This document shows positions 40,079 to 51,264 of a stretch of 64,000 nucleotides of DNA, in pieces (the stretch's first letter is position 1; every line of letters starts with the position of its first letter). The notes beneath the pieces were generated by a model. It ran no database searches and was not told the DNA's origin. It saw only the letters and a list, made by a program, of their open reading frames with translations. Both the position numbers and the translations under genes were made by a program. Location: positions 10,795 through 74,794 of the forward strand of contig CAVVPE010000021.1 in the NCBI GenBank assembly GCA_963750035.1, given 5' to 3'. Origin of the DNA: an uncultured Acidobacteriota bacterium. GTDB taxonomy: Bacteria; Acidobacteriota; Vicinamibacteria; Vicinamibacterales; CAVVIG01.

Positions 40079-41089
40079 CTACGGAATGGTCGTCATCAAC
40101 GGCCAATGGTCTGAACCAAACCGGCGATCGAGCCTGACGACCGTGAGTGCGGGCTCGATGCCTTTCGCAAAGACGTAATCGAGCCGGTTGCCCGTACCGA
40201 GCGGCCCGCGCCACGTCTCGCGCGACCTGACGGGTTTTGCGTCGGGAAACGCCCGCAGCAGTTCCTTCACCGCGGGCTCGTCGTCTCCCCACCAGGTATT
40301 GAAGTCGCCGCCGATCAGCAACGGCGGTGGCAAGCCCGCCACGGCTTGTATCAACGCGCGCGCCTGCCGGCGCCTGACGGCGCCTGGACCGCCGCGAAAA
40401 ATCCCGACGCTCGTGTCGACATGAACGTTGATGAGCCCGAGCGATTCGAGACGCGCACCCACCGTCACACGACGCTGCTTCTCGAATGGAAGCTCGACGA
40501 CGATGATGTCATCGAGCGGTGATGTCGAAAGGATCGCGCCGCCGCGATCGTCCGAGTCACCGTCTCGCCGACGGGCCGGCGCATACACCACATGCAGCCC
40601 TCGTTCGCGCGCGAACTCGAGAATTGAAGTCCGATAGACCTCCTGCAGGAGCAGCGCGAAGCGGCGGACGGACGATCCACTCGTGAATTCCCCGCGCTGG
40701 AGTCTCGAGACGAGCTCGGCGAGATTTCCGCGCCCGAGATAGGTGTTCCAGGAGAGCACGATCAACGGATCGGCGGAGCCGTCTGGTGACGGGCCGCTTC
40801 CGGCCTGGACGACGACCGGCCCAACCCCGGCGCAGGCCAGGTCGAGCTTGCCGCGGCGATCCGGGTCCTCAGGCAGAACCCAGGTGACGTGCACAGCCGA
40901 AGCGCTCACCACCGAGCGGCACGTTTCGGTTCGATTGACGTTTGGAACAGGGACCATGCGCGGCTGGACCACGCATGCCGCGACGCCGGTCAGGATGGCA
41001 AAAAGGGCGAGCAGGCGCCGACTGGCGTCAGCGCTTCCGCTTGCGCTTGGCCGGTTGCGGGTAATCGTGGGTCTGGTGCCGGCGGACAT
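40079..41089 (-). CDS. endonuclease/exonuclease/phosphatase (EEP) family protein, probable exported lipoprotein
   Basis: C-terminal part of ORF 40079..41512: SRRLLALFAILTGVAAC (twin-Arg-like signal plus lipobox), LIVLSWNTYLGRG, LLLQEV, LLIGGDFNTWW, GSDHWPL. Start is tentatively ATG 41089. The upstream part of the track ORF overlaps addA out of frame. Confidence 0.7.
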   Translation of the reverse strand: MSAGTRPTITRNRPSASGSADASRRLLALFAILTGVAACVVQPRMVPVPNVNRTETCRSVVSASAVHVTWVLPEDPDRRGKLDLACAGVGPVVVQAGSGPSPDGSADPLIVLSWNTYLGRGNLAELVSRLQRGEFTSGSSVRRFALLLQEVYRTSILEFARERGLHVVYAPARRRDGDSDDRGGAILSTSPLDDIIVVELPFEKQRRVTVGARLESLGLINVHVDTSVGIFRGGPGAVRRRQARALIQAVAGLPPPLLIGGDFNTWWGDDEPAVKELLRAFPDAKPVRSRETWRGPLGTGNRLDYVFAKGIEPALTVVRLDRRFGSDHWPLMTTIP

Positions 41090-41234
41090 TGTCGTGCGCG
41101 CTGTGAAGCCGATCGCGGTCGCGCGCGATATGTTCCGAGTTCTCCACGACGCGATTGTGAACCTGCGACAAGCGCTCGTTGAGGCGCCGCATACGCTCCA
41201 GCTGTTCCTCGAGAAATGATCCGTCAAAATCCGC
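41028..41234 (-). CDS. small hypothetical coiled-coil protein (68 aa) with basic tail
   Basis: MADFDGSFLEEQLERMRRLNERLSQVHNRVVENSEHIARDRDRLHSAHDNVRRHQTHDYPQPAKRKRKR. It is in frame with the addA track ORF but lies beyond addA's expected end, and its composition is protein-like. Confidence 0.4.
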   Translation of the reverse strand, partial: ADFDGSFLEEQLERMRRLNERLSQVHNRVVENSEHIARDRDRLHSAHDNVRRHQTHDYPQPAKRKRKR

Positions 41235-41325
41235 CATAGCCAGGGTCCCGCTTTTCCTGACTTTCGATCCAGCGAATCCCGTGCCAGCGGCCGAATGACT
41301 GCCGTAGTGGAGCGGGTCTGCTGAG

Positions 41326-44300
41326 CTACACGCGACGACGAGCACGCCTGACGCGGGCAACCCCGTCGCCTGCCGGATCGCGGACACGTAAAAGCCGATC
41401 TGCCGCCGATAGCGCTCCTCGCCGTCCGCAGCCAGCACGCGATCGCTCTTGTAGTCGACGACGACCCACGCGCCGCCTTCCTCGAACGCAAGGTCGACGA
41501 TTCCTTCGACAACGGTGCCGTCGGGCATGCGGCAGGTCACCGGTGTTTCGCGCCGGCACGCCCCGCGGCGCTCGGCGGCTTGCGCGCGCGCGATGATGTC
41601 GTGGCCCAGCACCTTCGCGGCCGCGCGAGCGGCCGCCGCGGCATCGGCGTCGCTCAGGCCGAGCACCCGAGCTTCGACGTCGGCGAGCGCCTCGAGCTGG
41701 GCAGGCGGCGCATCGAACGGCGCCTGCGACAACACGACGTGGACGAGGGCCCCAAAAGCCGCTCCCCCGCCGCGCTCCGCGTCGCCTGGCGCGGCGATGT
41801 TCACGACGGCGACTTCGATATCGAGCGGCTCGGCGACCGCTTGCTCGTCGGCCCACTCCTTCGCCGTTCGGACCGCCACGCTTGGTTCAGAGCCGGCCGC
41901 GCGCGCCTCCGCGCGGGCCAGGCACCAACGGTCGTAGCGGCCACGGCCGCTGGCGATGACGTCACGCGGCACGTCCTTGACGATCAAGTCGTCGCGCCGA
42001 ACGCCGAACAGCGTCTTGGCGCCGAGATTCAGTCCGCCGCCGGGACCAGGATCCCACCAGACGACCGAATATCCGCCGTCGACGAAGAGATGCGCGCCGG
42101 GCGCGACGGTCGAGGGCGCCGCCGTCTCCTCGTTCGGGCGCTGCAGCACGGTGTCTTTCGATCGAAACGCCGGACACCTGGCGCCCCGCTCCGGGCTGCG
42201 CCGCAGGTCGAGCGGCGGATACACCGCGCGATTGAGCGGCGAGAACCAACCGCCCTCCCAGGGTTCGTCCCCGAGCGCTGGAACGACGAGGAGATCGCGC
42301 GCCCGCGTCGCCGCGACGTACGCCAGGCGGACGCCTTCCGCCTGGTCGCGCGCCACCTCCTCGACTTCGTGATCGTGCAGTTCGTGCGGCGACCAGCCGC
42401 CGAGCTTCATCGCGCACAGGCCCGCTTCGGCATCGAGATAGCGGCTCGCGTCGCCCCGGTTGAGCCGGCACGTCAGGTCGGCCAGGATGACCACGGGAAA
42501 TTCGAGGCCCTTCGCCTTGTGGACCGTCATCAACCGCACGCCGTCGCTGCTTTCTTCGAGGATCGGCGCCTCGGCCGCCTCACGCTCGGACGCGGTCCGC
42601 AGCTCGTCGATGAACCCCCGGAACGAAATACCGCCGGCCGCTTCGTACTGGCGTGCCAGCTCCGCGACGTGGAGGACGTTCGCCAGCGCCTGCTCGCCGG
42701 CCGGCCGGAGGATGAAGCCCACGTGAGCGCGCGTTTCGGCGAGCAGGCGTCCGATGGTGTCGGCAACAGGCCGATAGTTGCGCCGCCGATGAAGCTGCTG
42801 CAGCAGGCGCAGAGCGTCGGCAATCGGCGTCAGCTGCGTCGTGGGCTCGCCCGTGAGCGCCAGGTCCTGGCCCGAGTTGCCGCCGAGCTCTCGCGGCACG
42901 CGGAACGGGTGCAGCGAGCCGAAGCGGTGGCGGAACTCGAGCAGCAGCTGATCGTCGACGGCAAAGAGCGACCCCCGCAGCGTCGCAAACACCGACAGCT
43001 CGTCGTCCGGCCACTCAATCGCCGCCAGCGCCGCGCGAATCGTTTCCACTTCTTCCCTGTCGTGAAACGCCTTGCCGCCGACGAGCAGGTGCGGGATGCC
43101 GCGCGCCTCGATCGCGTCGACGTATCTCCGGGTGACGTCTTCGCCGAAGCTCACGAACCGCCGAAAGAGGACGGCGATGTGCCGCGCCGCCAGGGGGACG
43201 CGGCGTTCAGCGCCGCCCGCCTCGCGCTCCACGACCTGCCAGCCGTTCTGTTCGTCGGTCAGCCACGCGATGAAGGCGCCGACGGCGTCGGGAAGCGACG
43301 CCTCGATCGCCTTCGCCGACGCCTTCAGCGGTCCCCGGGCCGAATACGGCCTGGGCACCGGCAGCGCGACGATCGCGGGTTGCGAGGGATCGTCGGCTCG
43401 ATGTGGCGCCAGGGGAACGTAGTCAGCCTGCAGCGTGCGCTCGTCGCCGGTCATGTCCGCGGCAAACGCGGCATTGACGAATCGCTGGATCGCCGGCACG
43501 CTCCGGTAGCTCGTTCTGAGCTGCAACACGCGCCCGCCCGACGAGCCCAGCTGACGTGCAACGCGCCAGTACGTCGCCACGTCGGTGCCGCGGAACCGGT
43601 AGATCGCCTGCTTCGGGTCGCCGACGATGAACAGCTTGCCCGGGACGGTCGTCGCCGCGGTCCACTCGGTCGCCGCCGGATCGTCGGCGGCCAGGAGGAG
43701 CAGGATTTCAGCCTGGATCGGATCCGTGTCCTGGAACTCGTCGACGAAGATGCGCGTGAACTTGCGCTGGAGATGTCCGCGGACCTCGGCGTCGCTCCTG
43801 ATGAGATCGCGCGCGCGCACCAGCAGATCGGCGAAGTCGAGCGACCCCGCCGCGGTCTTCAGCGCCTGGTATCGGGCGGTGGCACCCGCGAACTCCTGCT
43901 GCAGGCACGCGGCCAGGTCGGCATCCGCCTCCTTCCTGAACTGTTGCAAGTCGGCAAACAGCGCGTCGCGGCCCGCGAGCACCTCGGTTCGCGTGACGTC
44001 CTTGCCGAACTTGTAACCGCTCCCTTTCCGCGTACGAGAAAAGCCGCGGTCGCGCACGAGGTCGACCAGGCGCGCTTCCCAGCCGTCGTAATCGCGCCGC
44101 CCGAACGATGCCTCGAGGCTGATCTGCCGGCTGAGGCGGCGGACGCCGTCGGTATCGATGAAGAGGTTGTCGCGGCGCGACGACGCACGTGCCGTGAGCT
44201 CTGCGAGACGATGCAGATCGGCCACGAGGCGATCGATCTCGCTCTCGCGGGCGAATGCGGGCCGGCGCCACGGCGCTGGAAAGTCGCGCCACTCGGCGAG

Positions 44301-44865
44301 GGCGCGGCCGGCATTGCGCAGCCGATCGATCGGGCCGCCCGCGTCGCCGCCCCCGAACGAGGGCGCGGCCGTCCGCCGCAGCGCGCGGCGAAGGCCTTCT
44401 GGCGGTTCGCGCAGCGCGTCCTGCAGCCAGGCACGAAAGGCGCGATCGTAGAGGCGGTTCGCCTGCGGCTCGGTGAGGACGGCGAACAGGGGATCGACGT
44501 GCGCTTCGACGGGGCGTTCGCGCAGCAAATCGGCGCAGAAGCCGTGGATCGTGTTGACGTGCGCTTCCTCGAGCTTCTCGAGCGCCGCGTCGAGCCGCTG
44601 GCGGACGACCGGCCTCGTCCGCCTTCGCACGCTCGTCCTCGAGCTGCTCGCGCAGCCGCAGCTTCAGCTCACCGGCGGCCTTCTCGGTGAACGTCACCGC
44701 GACGATCTCGATCATCGTCGCGCGCCCGCTCGCCAGCACGGCCAGGATGCGGTTGACGAGCTCGGTCGTCTTGCCAGTGCCGGCGGCAGCCTCGACGACA
44801 AGCGTGTCGTCGAGGTCTTCAGCGATCGCGCGGCGGGCGTCGGCGTCGGTGATCACAGTGGGCAT
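41326..44865 (-). CDS. addA: AddA-type UvrD-family helicase with C-terminal PD-(D/E)XK nuclease, frameshift near 44605
   Basis: ORF 43708..44898 N-terminus ([37 protein letters not shown], from ATG 44865) joins ORF 41028..44630 ([77 protein letters not shown]). The likely true stop is TAG 41328-41326 in a neighbouring frame, after ...ASGVLVV. Confidence 0.85.
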
Positions 44866-44925
44866 GTCGAACGTGCCAGTGAAGGTCAAGACACGCACGG
44901 AAACGCGAAAACACGAAACCGAAAA

Positions 44926-45150
44926 GCATTAACACGGACACGAACGGCTGCGACCAGCGCGGCCGGCGCAGCCGGCCGCTGCTCGGATGAGAGGCGCCGG
45001 ATTCCACAAACCATCTCATCTCACGCGGTTTGTGAATCCGGCGTCTCTCCATCCGAGGCGCTTCGCGGCGCTGGTCGCAGACGGACACGTACGGATTCTG
45101 AACGCCGTAGCCGTACGTGATCCGTCCGTGTCCGTCGTGTCCGTGTTAGC
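44926..45150. repeat. 225-nt nested inverted-repeat element in the addB-addA spacer
   Basis: Three concentric arm pairs: GCATTAACACGGACACGAACGG / CCGTCCGTGTCCGTCGTGTCCGTGTTAGC; CTGCGACCAGCGC / GCGCTGGTCGCAG (perfect 13 bp); GGATGAGAGGCGCCGGATTCCACAAACC / GGTTTGTGAATCCGGCGTCTCTCCATCC. Local hairpins are GGCCGGC-GCA-GCCGGCC and ACGTACGG...CCGTACGT. It is preceded by CGAAA-type repeats (44893-44925). Confidence 0.75.
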
Positions 45151-45165
45151 TTTTCACGCACAGGC

Positions 45166-48100
45166 TCATCGGATCGCCCTGAGCGCGTGCAGGTCCGCGA
45201 GGCGGTCAACGGCCTTGCGCGCGACGCGCTCTTCTTCGCGCGGGCCGCACACGGGGCGGAAATCGCACCATGTGCACGCACGCTCGTCGGGAGCAGCGGG
45301 CAGGAACCCCTGCTCCACCGCGCGGTCGACGATCGTGAGGACCTCGAGGCCCTGGCCGCGCGTGTAGTCGTTGATCGGGATCCTGTGATCGGCGAATCCG
45401 CCGACCGTCGTGCAATAGAACAACCGGCCCTCGATCACCTTCTTGCCGAGCCCCTGCTCGAGCGCCATGCTGTACAGCACCGGCTGCAGCACGGCGCCGC
45501 CACCCACGATCAGGTCGGGGTTCGAGCGGTTCCTGCCGGTCTTGTGATCGGTGATCCGAAGCACGTCGAACTGCCGGTGGTGTTCGACGAGATCGACCGA
45601 TCCGCGAAGGACGAAGCGCCCGTCGACGATAATCGGATCTGGCAGGCTCCGCGGGTCGCGGCCTTCGTCGCTCAGCCCGAAGCTGAACTCGAAGAACGCG
45701 GGCTGCCAGTCTTCTTCGTCGGCGAGCTTCTGCACCCAGATGCCGAGATCCCGGCGCAGGTCGTCGATTTCGTCCCGCCAGACGCGATCGATGGCCGGCG
45801 CCAGATCTTCGGCGTACGCGCCGGCCACCCGGTCGAGCACCGCGTTGATGGCGAGCACTGCCTCCGGCAGCGTGGCACGCGTGACGGGCAGCGCGTTCCG
45901 TGCCTCCAGTTGACGGTAGAACTCGGCCTGGGTGCGATGAAAGAGGCTGCCCCGCGTCAGCGGATCCATGCGGACGATCGGCTGCGGCTCGTCCCACGGC
46001 TCGAGCCGGTGAATCGTCGCGAGCAGGAACTGGTACGGACAGCTCGCATAGCGCTGGAGCGCAGACAGCGAATACGGCCGCTGCCCCAGCCGGTGCGCCT
46101 GCAACGCCCGTCGCACGCCGTCGGTCGACGCCATGCAGGCCGTCGCTCGACGACCATGCCGGGCGTCCCCTGGCCCAGCGGCTGATCACCGACCGGCGCA
46201 GCGCCTCATTCAGGCCGAGCAGGTAATGCGCGTGACCCTTGACTGACGCCGGATCTCTGGAGTCGAGCAGCGGCTTGAGCGACGACAGATCGTGTTCGAG
46301 GTCGTCGATGGCGCGATCGGGATCGGCCGGCGCCGGCCACGCCAGGCTCGCGCCGGCTTCCTGCGCCGCGTCGGCCGCCAGCACGCGGTGGTCCGGGATC
46401 GCCCCGGTGATCGCCCGCATGACGTCGAGCGCATAGAAGGACGGGACCCGCGCGCGCGTTTCCGCCACGTCGAGGCGCGGGTACGAGAGGTACAGGCGCT
46501 CCGACGCGGCGCCAATCGCAATCTTGAGGAGAAGGCGTTCGGCCGCCGCGCGATCGTCCTGGCGCGCGAGCCGGGCGTCCGGAAGCCCGTCGCGCGCCGC
46601 GTCGAGGAGCAGCGGATCCTCGCGCGGCCGCTGCGGAACGACCCGCTCGGCGAGGCCGGGCACGAAGACCACCCGGAACGTTCGGCCCCGCGCCTGGAGC
46701 GGCGTCCCCACGAACAACCGTCCGTAGCGGCGAAGAGGCGGCTCCCAGTCGAGCGTGACGAGACGATCGTGCAGGACATCGCGCGCTTCCTCGATCGTCA
46801 CCGGCCCGACGCCGGCCATCGGCCGCAGCTCCGCCAGTGTCTGCAGCACCCGCGCGGGACGGCGCAGCACGCGTCCGGCCAGTTCTCCGAAGCGATCGAT
46901 CCACTCGCCCCACATCGCCTCATCGGGCCAGTCGGCAAGCGCGTCGATGATCGGCAGCGCGAACTGGCGCAGGTGCGCGAGGTTCCGCAAGTCGCGCTCG
47001 AAGCGCGCAATGCGTGCCGACTCGGGCTCCTCGCGTTTCAGCTCGGCGATCCGATATCGGAAGTCGGCCGCCAGCCCATCGAGCCTGCGCCGCCACCGCC
47101 CCTTGCCGTCCGCGCGGCTGCGTCCCCCGACGACCGCCGATTCGACGATCAGTTCCTCCCATTTCCATGGCGATCGCAGCGTGCCGGCCACCACCGCTTC
47201 GTCGTCTGAATCGGGTGGGTCCGGTTCGACTTCGGCGTGCCGTCTCTGCGGCTTCGCCGTCGTCGGGATGCTGCCCGCGTCTGCATCGACGCCCGGCCAC
47301 GGAAACACTTCGTCGCGGGGCCAGGTCTCGGGGCTCGGTGCTCGGTGTTCGGTGCTCGGCGCTTCCCCACCTGCCCCACCTGCCCCACCTGCCCCACGCC
47401 TGCCCTTCCCGCCCCGGCAATCTGCGGCACTTGTCCAAGCGACAGGTACTCGTCGAAACGCCTCGCGGAGAGGCCTTCGCACGCGCACGCCAGCAGCGCG
47501 ACGAAGGCGCGGCCCGCGGGATCGGGTCGACGGGTGCCGCGATCGAAGTACGCGGGCACGCCGCCTCGCGCGCACGCATGCTCCAGCAGGCCGAGGTACT
47601 GCCGCGGTGTCCGAAGAAAGACAGCCATCTCATCGAACGGAACGCCACGAGCGGCTTCGTCGAGCGCGCGCCTGACAATCTCCACGGCCTCGCGTCCCTC
47701 GCCCGGCGCCGAGAACAGGCGGACATCACCCGCGCGCGACCGCGCTGCCGGGCGATCCGGCGTGAAGACGAAACGACGGAGGTTGGCAAGATCGGTGTGC
47801 GGTGCGGCAGGATCCTGCGCGATGTCGACCACGGCGGTGGGCGAAAGGCTGCGCAGCGCCTCGAGCGCCGACTCGTCACCGTCCGGGACCGTCGCCAGCA
47901 CCGCTGGCGAGCGTCGGACGAGCGCGCCAACGAACGCGCGTTCGGCGCTCGAATCGAGCGTGACGTCGAGCAGCACCAGCGGCAGCGCCGCCCACCGGAC
48001 GTGCCCGTCGCCGCACGCCCGCGCGGCAAGCCTGAACAGCTCGGCGCGATCGGTGATCGACGTCTGCCGCAGCTGTCCTTCGATTCGCGCCAGGAGGCGG

Positions 48101-48543
48101 CCTACGTCGCGCACCGCGCGGTTACGGTCTTCCAGATCGGCCGCGGCCACGCCGGCCAGGCGAAGCTCGTGAACCGTTCGCGCCAGCGCTTTTGGAAAAC
48201 CCGGCATCCTGGCGACCGGCTCGAAATACTCCATCTCGCCCGCGGCGGCCGCATCGAAGACCGCGCGGGCCGCCGCCGCTTCCGCGCCCGCCTGCGTACC
48301 GGGCATGCGCCGGGCGCCGGCGAGCTGGACGGCGGCCGACCGTGCGGCCAGCTCGGTGAGCGAGACGCGGGTAATCCCGAACGTGGCGCCGTGGTCCACG
48401 GCGAGGCGCCGCGCGAGATCGTCTGCCGCGCCGCGCGACGCGCCGATGATCACGACTTCGGCCGGCGATGGATGCGACTGGAGAAAATGGCGCGCCTGGT
48501 CGAGCCGCGCCGCTGCGGAGGTCGACGTGATGATGCGCAACAT
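45166..48543 (-). CDS. addB: AddB-type PD-(D/E)XK nuclease subunit with Fe-S cysteine cluster, frameshifts near 47350 and 46140
   Basis: ORF 47149..48543 (MLRIITSTSAAARLDQARHFLQSHP...), the middle part in the 45206..47575 frame (WKWEELIVESAVVGG...FVPGLAERVVPQRPREDPLLLD...SFYALDVMRAITG), and ORF 45166..46134 (YSLSALQRYASCPYQFLL...SVDLVEHHRQFDVLRITDHKTG...ERACTWCDFRPVCG). Confidence 0.8.
47333..47402. repeat. tandem repeats inside addB: GCTCGGT x4 (7 nt) followed by CCCCACCTG x4 (9 nt)
   Basis: Read directly from the sequence. On the coding strand they encode a low-complexity linker (GVGQVGQVGQVG... or GAGGAGGAGG, depending on frame). One addB frame switch falls here. Confidence 0.7.
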
Positions 48544-48553
48544 GAGGAGCCTC

Positions 48554-48573
48554 GTCCGGACGCCTTGCCGGAC
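48554..48573. repeat. GTCCGG...CCGGAC hairpin just upstream of the addB start (possible third copy of the REP-like hairpin)
   Basis: GTCCGG ACGCCTTG CCGGAC. A second hairpin, GGCAGC GCTT GCTGCC, lies at 48584-48599. Confidence 0.4.
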
Positions 48574-48605
48574 ACCGCGCGACGGCAGCGCTTGCTGCCG
48601 AAACT

Positions 48606-48650
48606 GGAATTGGGGAATCGGGAAATCAGGATCGGTCAGGAACTTGAGGA
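48606..48650. repeat. GGAAT-centred 7-8 nt direct repeats in the addB/GT4 divergent spacer
   Basis: GGAATTG GGGAATC GGGAAATC AGGATCG GTCAGGAAC TTGAGGATTGAG. Confidence 0.4.
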
Positions 48651-48999
48651 TTGAGCTGACTCAGATTTCAACCGCCGCGTTCCGCGCCTCCAGTTACCTA
48701 GATCGCTCGATTACCCGCTCATCAGATTCCAGGATGGGATGGTAGCACGCGAGCGTGACAGGGCAGGTCACTGTGCTAGTGTTCCGGCGGCGTGATTTGC
48801 AGCGTGAATCCCGAAGCGCCGCGCCCGACTGGCAAGGCGCGAAGAACGAGCTTATTGGGCATAGTGAGCGATGAGCAAGCAGCCACGGGATGCCCCTCCA
48901 GGAATTATGTTGCGAATCATGCGACCGGGAGCGAGGCGCGACGAGCCAGCGAGTGCGAGTAGCGCGCGCGAGCGGCGGCGAGAGCCTCGGGAGACTACG

Positions 49000-50248
49000 A
49001 TGCCGCACGCATTGGTGACGGCGTTGATCGATCTCACGATGCTGTCGACGCCGAGCCGGCAGAGAGGCATCGGCCGATACGCGGCAGACCTCGCCTGCGC
49101 ACTGGACGACACCAGCGTCGACGCCGCCCGCGCCCCCGACGGCGGACCTGAGAGGTCCGCCCTACGAGGCTGGCCGGATGTCCAGGTTCGTGCCATCGAG
49201 CGGTTCGACTGGATCGGTCCAGCGACGATTACCGGCCCGCGCAGCGCTGTGCGCCGGATTGCGGAGGATGCCCGCCGCTTTTCACACGCGCAGTGGGCCT
49301 ACCGCGTGCGCCTGCGGCTCGCGTCCATCGTCCGCAGGAGCCGCGCCGACGTCTTGCACTAACACCTATCTCGACGCGACGCCGCTCGGACCGCTGGGGT
49401 GCCCGCGCGTCGTGACCTGTCACGATCTGATTGCGATGAAAGCGCCCGACCATTACGGCGGCTGGCGGGACGGGTGGCGCTGGGGGCGCCGGCGTCTCGA
49501 CGCGAGGCGTTATCACTCTGCCGATCACATCATCGCGGTCAGCGCCGCGACCGCGTCCGATCTCGTCGCGCTCCTCCGCATCCCGGCTCGCAAGATCACG
49601 GTCGTCCACCACGGCGTCGACACGGTTCGCTTCTCCGCCGCGCCGGCCGGCGACGACGAAGACCGTGCGGCGACGGCACGGGTTCGGGGACCGCAGGTAT
49701 CTGCTGTTCGTCGGCGCCGCAGACTGGCGCAAGAACGCCGAGGGGATGCTGCGCGCGCTCGCGATCGTTCGCCGGCGTCCGGGCACCTCGGACATCGTGC
49801 TCGCATGGGCGGGGAGGATCGACTCGCAGGATCTCGCCGCCGTTCGTGCGCACGCGCGGGCGGCCGCGGTGGCTGACGCGGTCATGATGCTCGGCTACGT
49901 GCCGGATGGCCATCTGGCGGCCCTGATGCGCGGAGCGCTCGCGCTGCTGTTCGTGTCGCGCATCGAGGGTTTCGGGTATCCGCTCGTCGAGGCGATGGCG
50001 TGCGGCTGTCCGGTGATTGGCAGCAACCGGCCGGCGATTGTCGAGATGGCCGGCAATGCCGCCTCGCTGGTCGATCCCGAGCGTCCGGAAGCGATCGCCG
50101 AGGCGATTGGGGCGCTCGCCGGCGACGTCCCTCAACGGCGCCTGCTGTCCGAGCGCGGCGTCGCGCGGAGTCAACACTTCAGCCTTGCGCAGGATGGCTC
50201 AACAGACGGCGGACGTGTACCGGCAGATTGCCGCGGGCCCGTCGCTGA
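49000..50248 (+). CDS. GT4-family glycosyltransferase, at least 3 frame switches
   Basis: ATG 49000: MPHALVTALIDLTMLSTPSRQRGIGRYAADLACAL (ORF 48871..), VVTCHDLIAMKAPDHY...ADHIIAVSAATASDLVALLRIPARKITVVHHGVD (ORF 49178..), YLLFVGAADWRKNAEGMLRAL...LLFVSRIEGFGYPLVEAMACGCPVIGS (ORF 49665..), and the tail MAQQTADVYRQIAAGP (ORF 50017..). Confidence 0.75.
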
Positions 50249-50249
50249 C

Positions 50250-51187
50250 GTGCGGCTCTCCATCGTCATCGTCAACTGGAATTCGCGCGACGACCTGCGG
50301 GCGTGCCTCGAGTCGCTGGCCGCGCAGACGTATCGCAACATCGAGGTCCTTGTCGTCGACAACGGGTCGACGGACGGCTCGCCAGAGATGGTCGGAACTG
50401 ACTTTCCGGCCTGCCGGCTCCTTGCGCAGTCCGGCAACGTCGGCTTCGCCGAAGGCTGCAACCGCGGCATCGAGGCCTCGACCGGCGAGTGGGTCGCGAC
50501 GCTGAACAACGACTGCGTCAGCGAACCGGGCTGGGCGCAAGCGCTCGTCGACGCGGCGGAGGGCGTGCCCGCATCGTGCGGCATGCTGCAGTCGACGATG
50601 GTCTTCCTCGACCGGCCGGGAACGATCAACTCCACTGGCATCGAACTGACGGCGCTCGGCGGCGGGCGCGATCGCCATCGCGATCGGACCTGGCCCAACG
50701 ACGAATCGCGGCGGCAGTCCGCGATCTTCTGCCCCACTGCCGGCGCGGCGGCCTATCGCCGGGCGATGCTGGACGCCGTCCGCCTTTCGACGGGCTATTT
50801 CGATCGCACCCACTTCATGTACTTCGAGGACATCGATCTCGGCTGGCGCGCGCGGCTTGCAGGCTGGGACGCGTTATTCGTTCCCGACTCGATGGTGCGC
50901 CACAAGTGGCACGGCAGCACCGACCGTCACGGGGCTGGCGTGGCTCGCCGTCCTGTCCGGCATCAACCGGGTGCGCACCCAAATCAAGAACGCGTCGCCG
51001 TCCCTCATCGCGCGCACGAGCCCGGTCACGATGGTCGAAGACGCTCGAGATCGCCCGGCACGCGGGCATCGACGGTCTGCGGCAGCTGAAAGCGGCCGTT
51101 CAAGAAAGCCTGGCGCTGCGTAAGGAAGTGGCGAAAATAGCGCGCGTCAGCCGGCGCGCGGTCGAGCGCACATGGACGACGTGGTAG
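50250..51187 (+). CDS. GT2-family glycosyltransferase, C-terminal frame switches
   Basis: GTG 50250: VRLSIVIVNWNSRDDLRACLESLAAQTYRNIEVLVVDNGSTDGS...NVGFAEGCNRGIEASTGEWVATLNNDCV...FMYFEDIDLGWRARLAGW. The tail is in ORFs 50857..51123 and 50489..51187. Confidence 0.75.
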
Positions 51188-51264
51188 TCCGGTGACACGC
51201 CCTGCTTGGCGCGGTCCCGCCAATCGATGCAGGCGAGTGAGAGCGGGTGGCGGGCGGGGGTGAA

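Noticed and set aside
41580-44690. 1036-aa plus-strand ORF. Similar long ORFs occur at 35175..36926, 37559..39688, 25184..27130 and 5340..7211.
   Set aside because: Each is antisense or out of frame to a gene with clear family motifs (addA, S8, M16, TonB receptor, the rSAM/methyltransferase block). Their translations are Arg/Ala/Pro/Gly-rich with no recognisable motifs. Open mirror frames of this kind are expected in very GC-rich DNA.
45027-45054. GGTTTGTGAATCCGG considered as a tRNA T-arm, or the element as a tRNA-like gene
   Set aside because: No acceptor stem, D-arm or anticodon arm can be drawn. The segment is one arm of a long inverted repeat.
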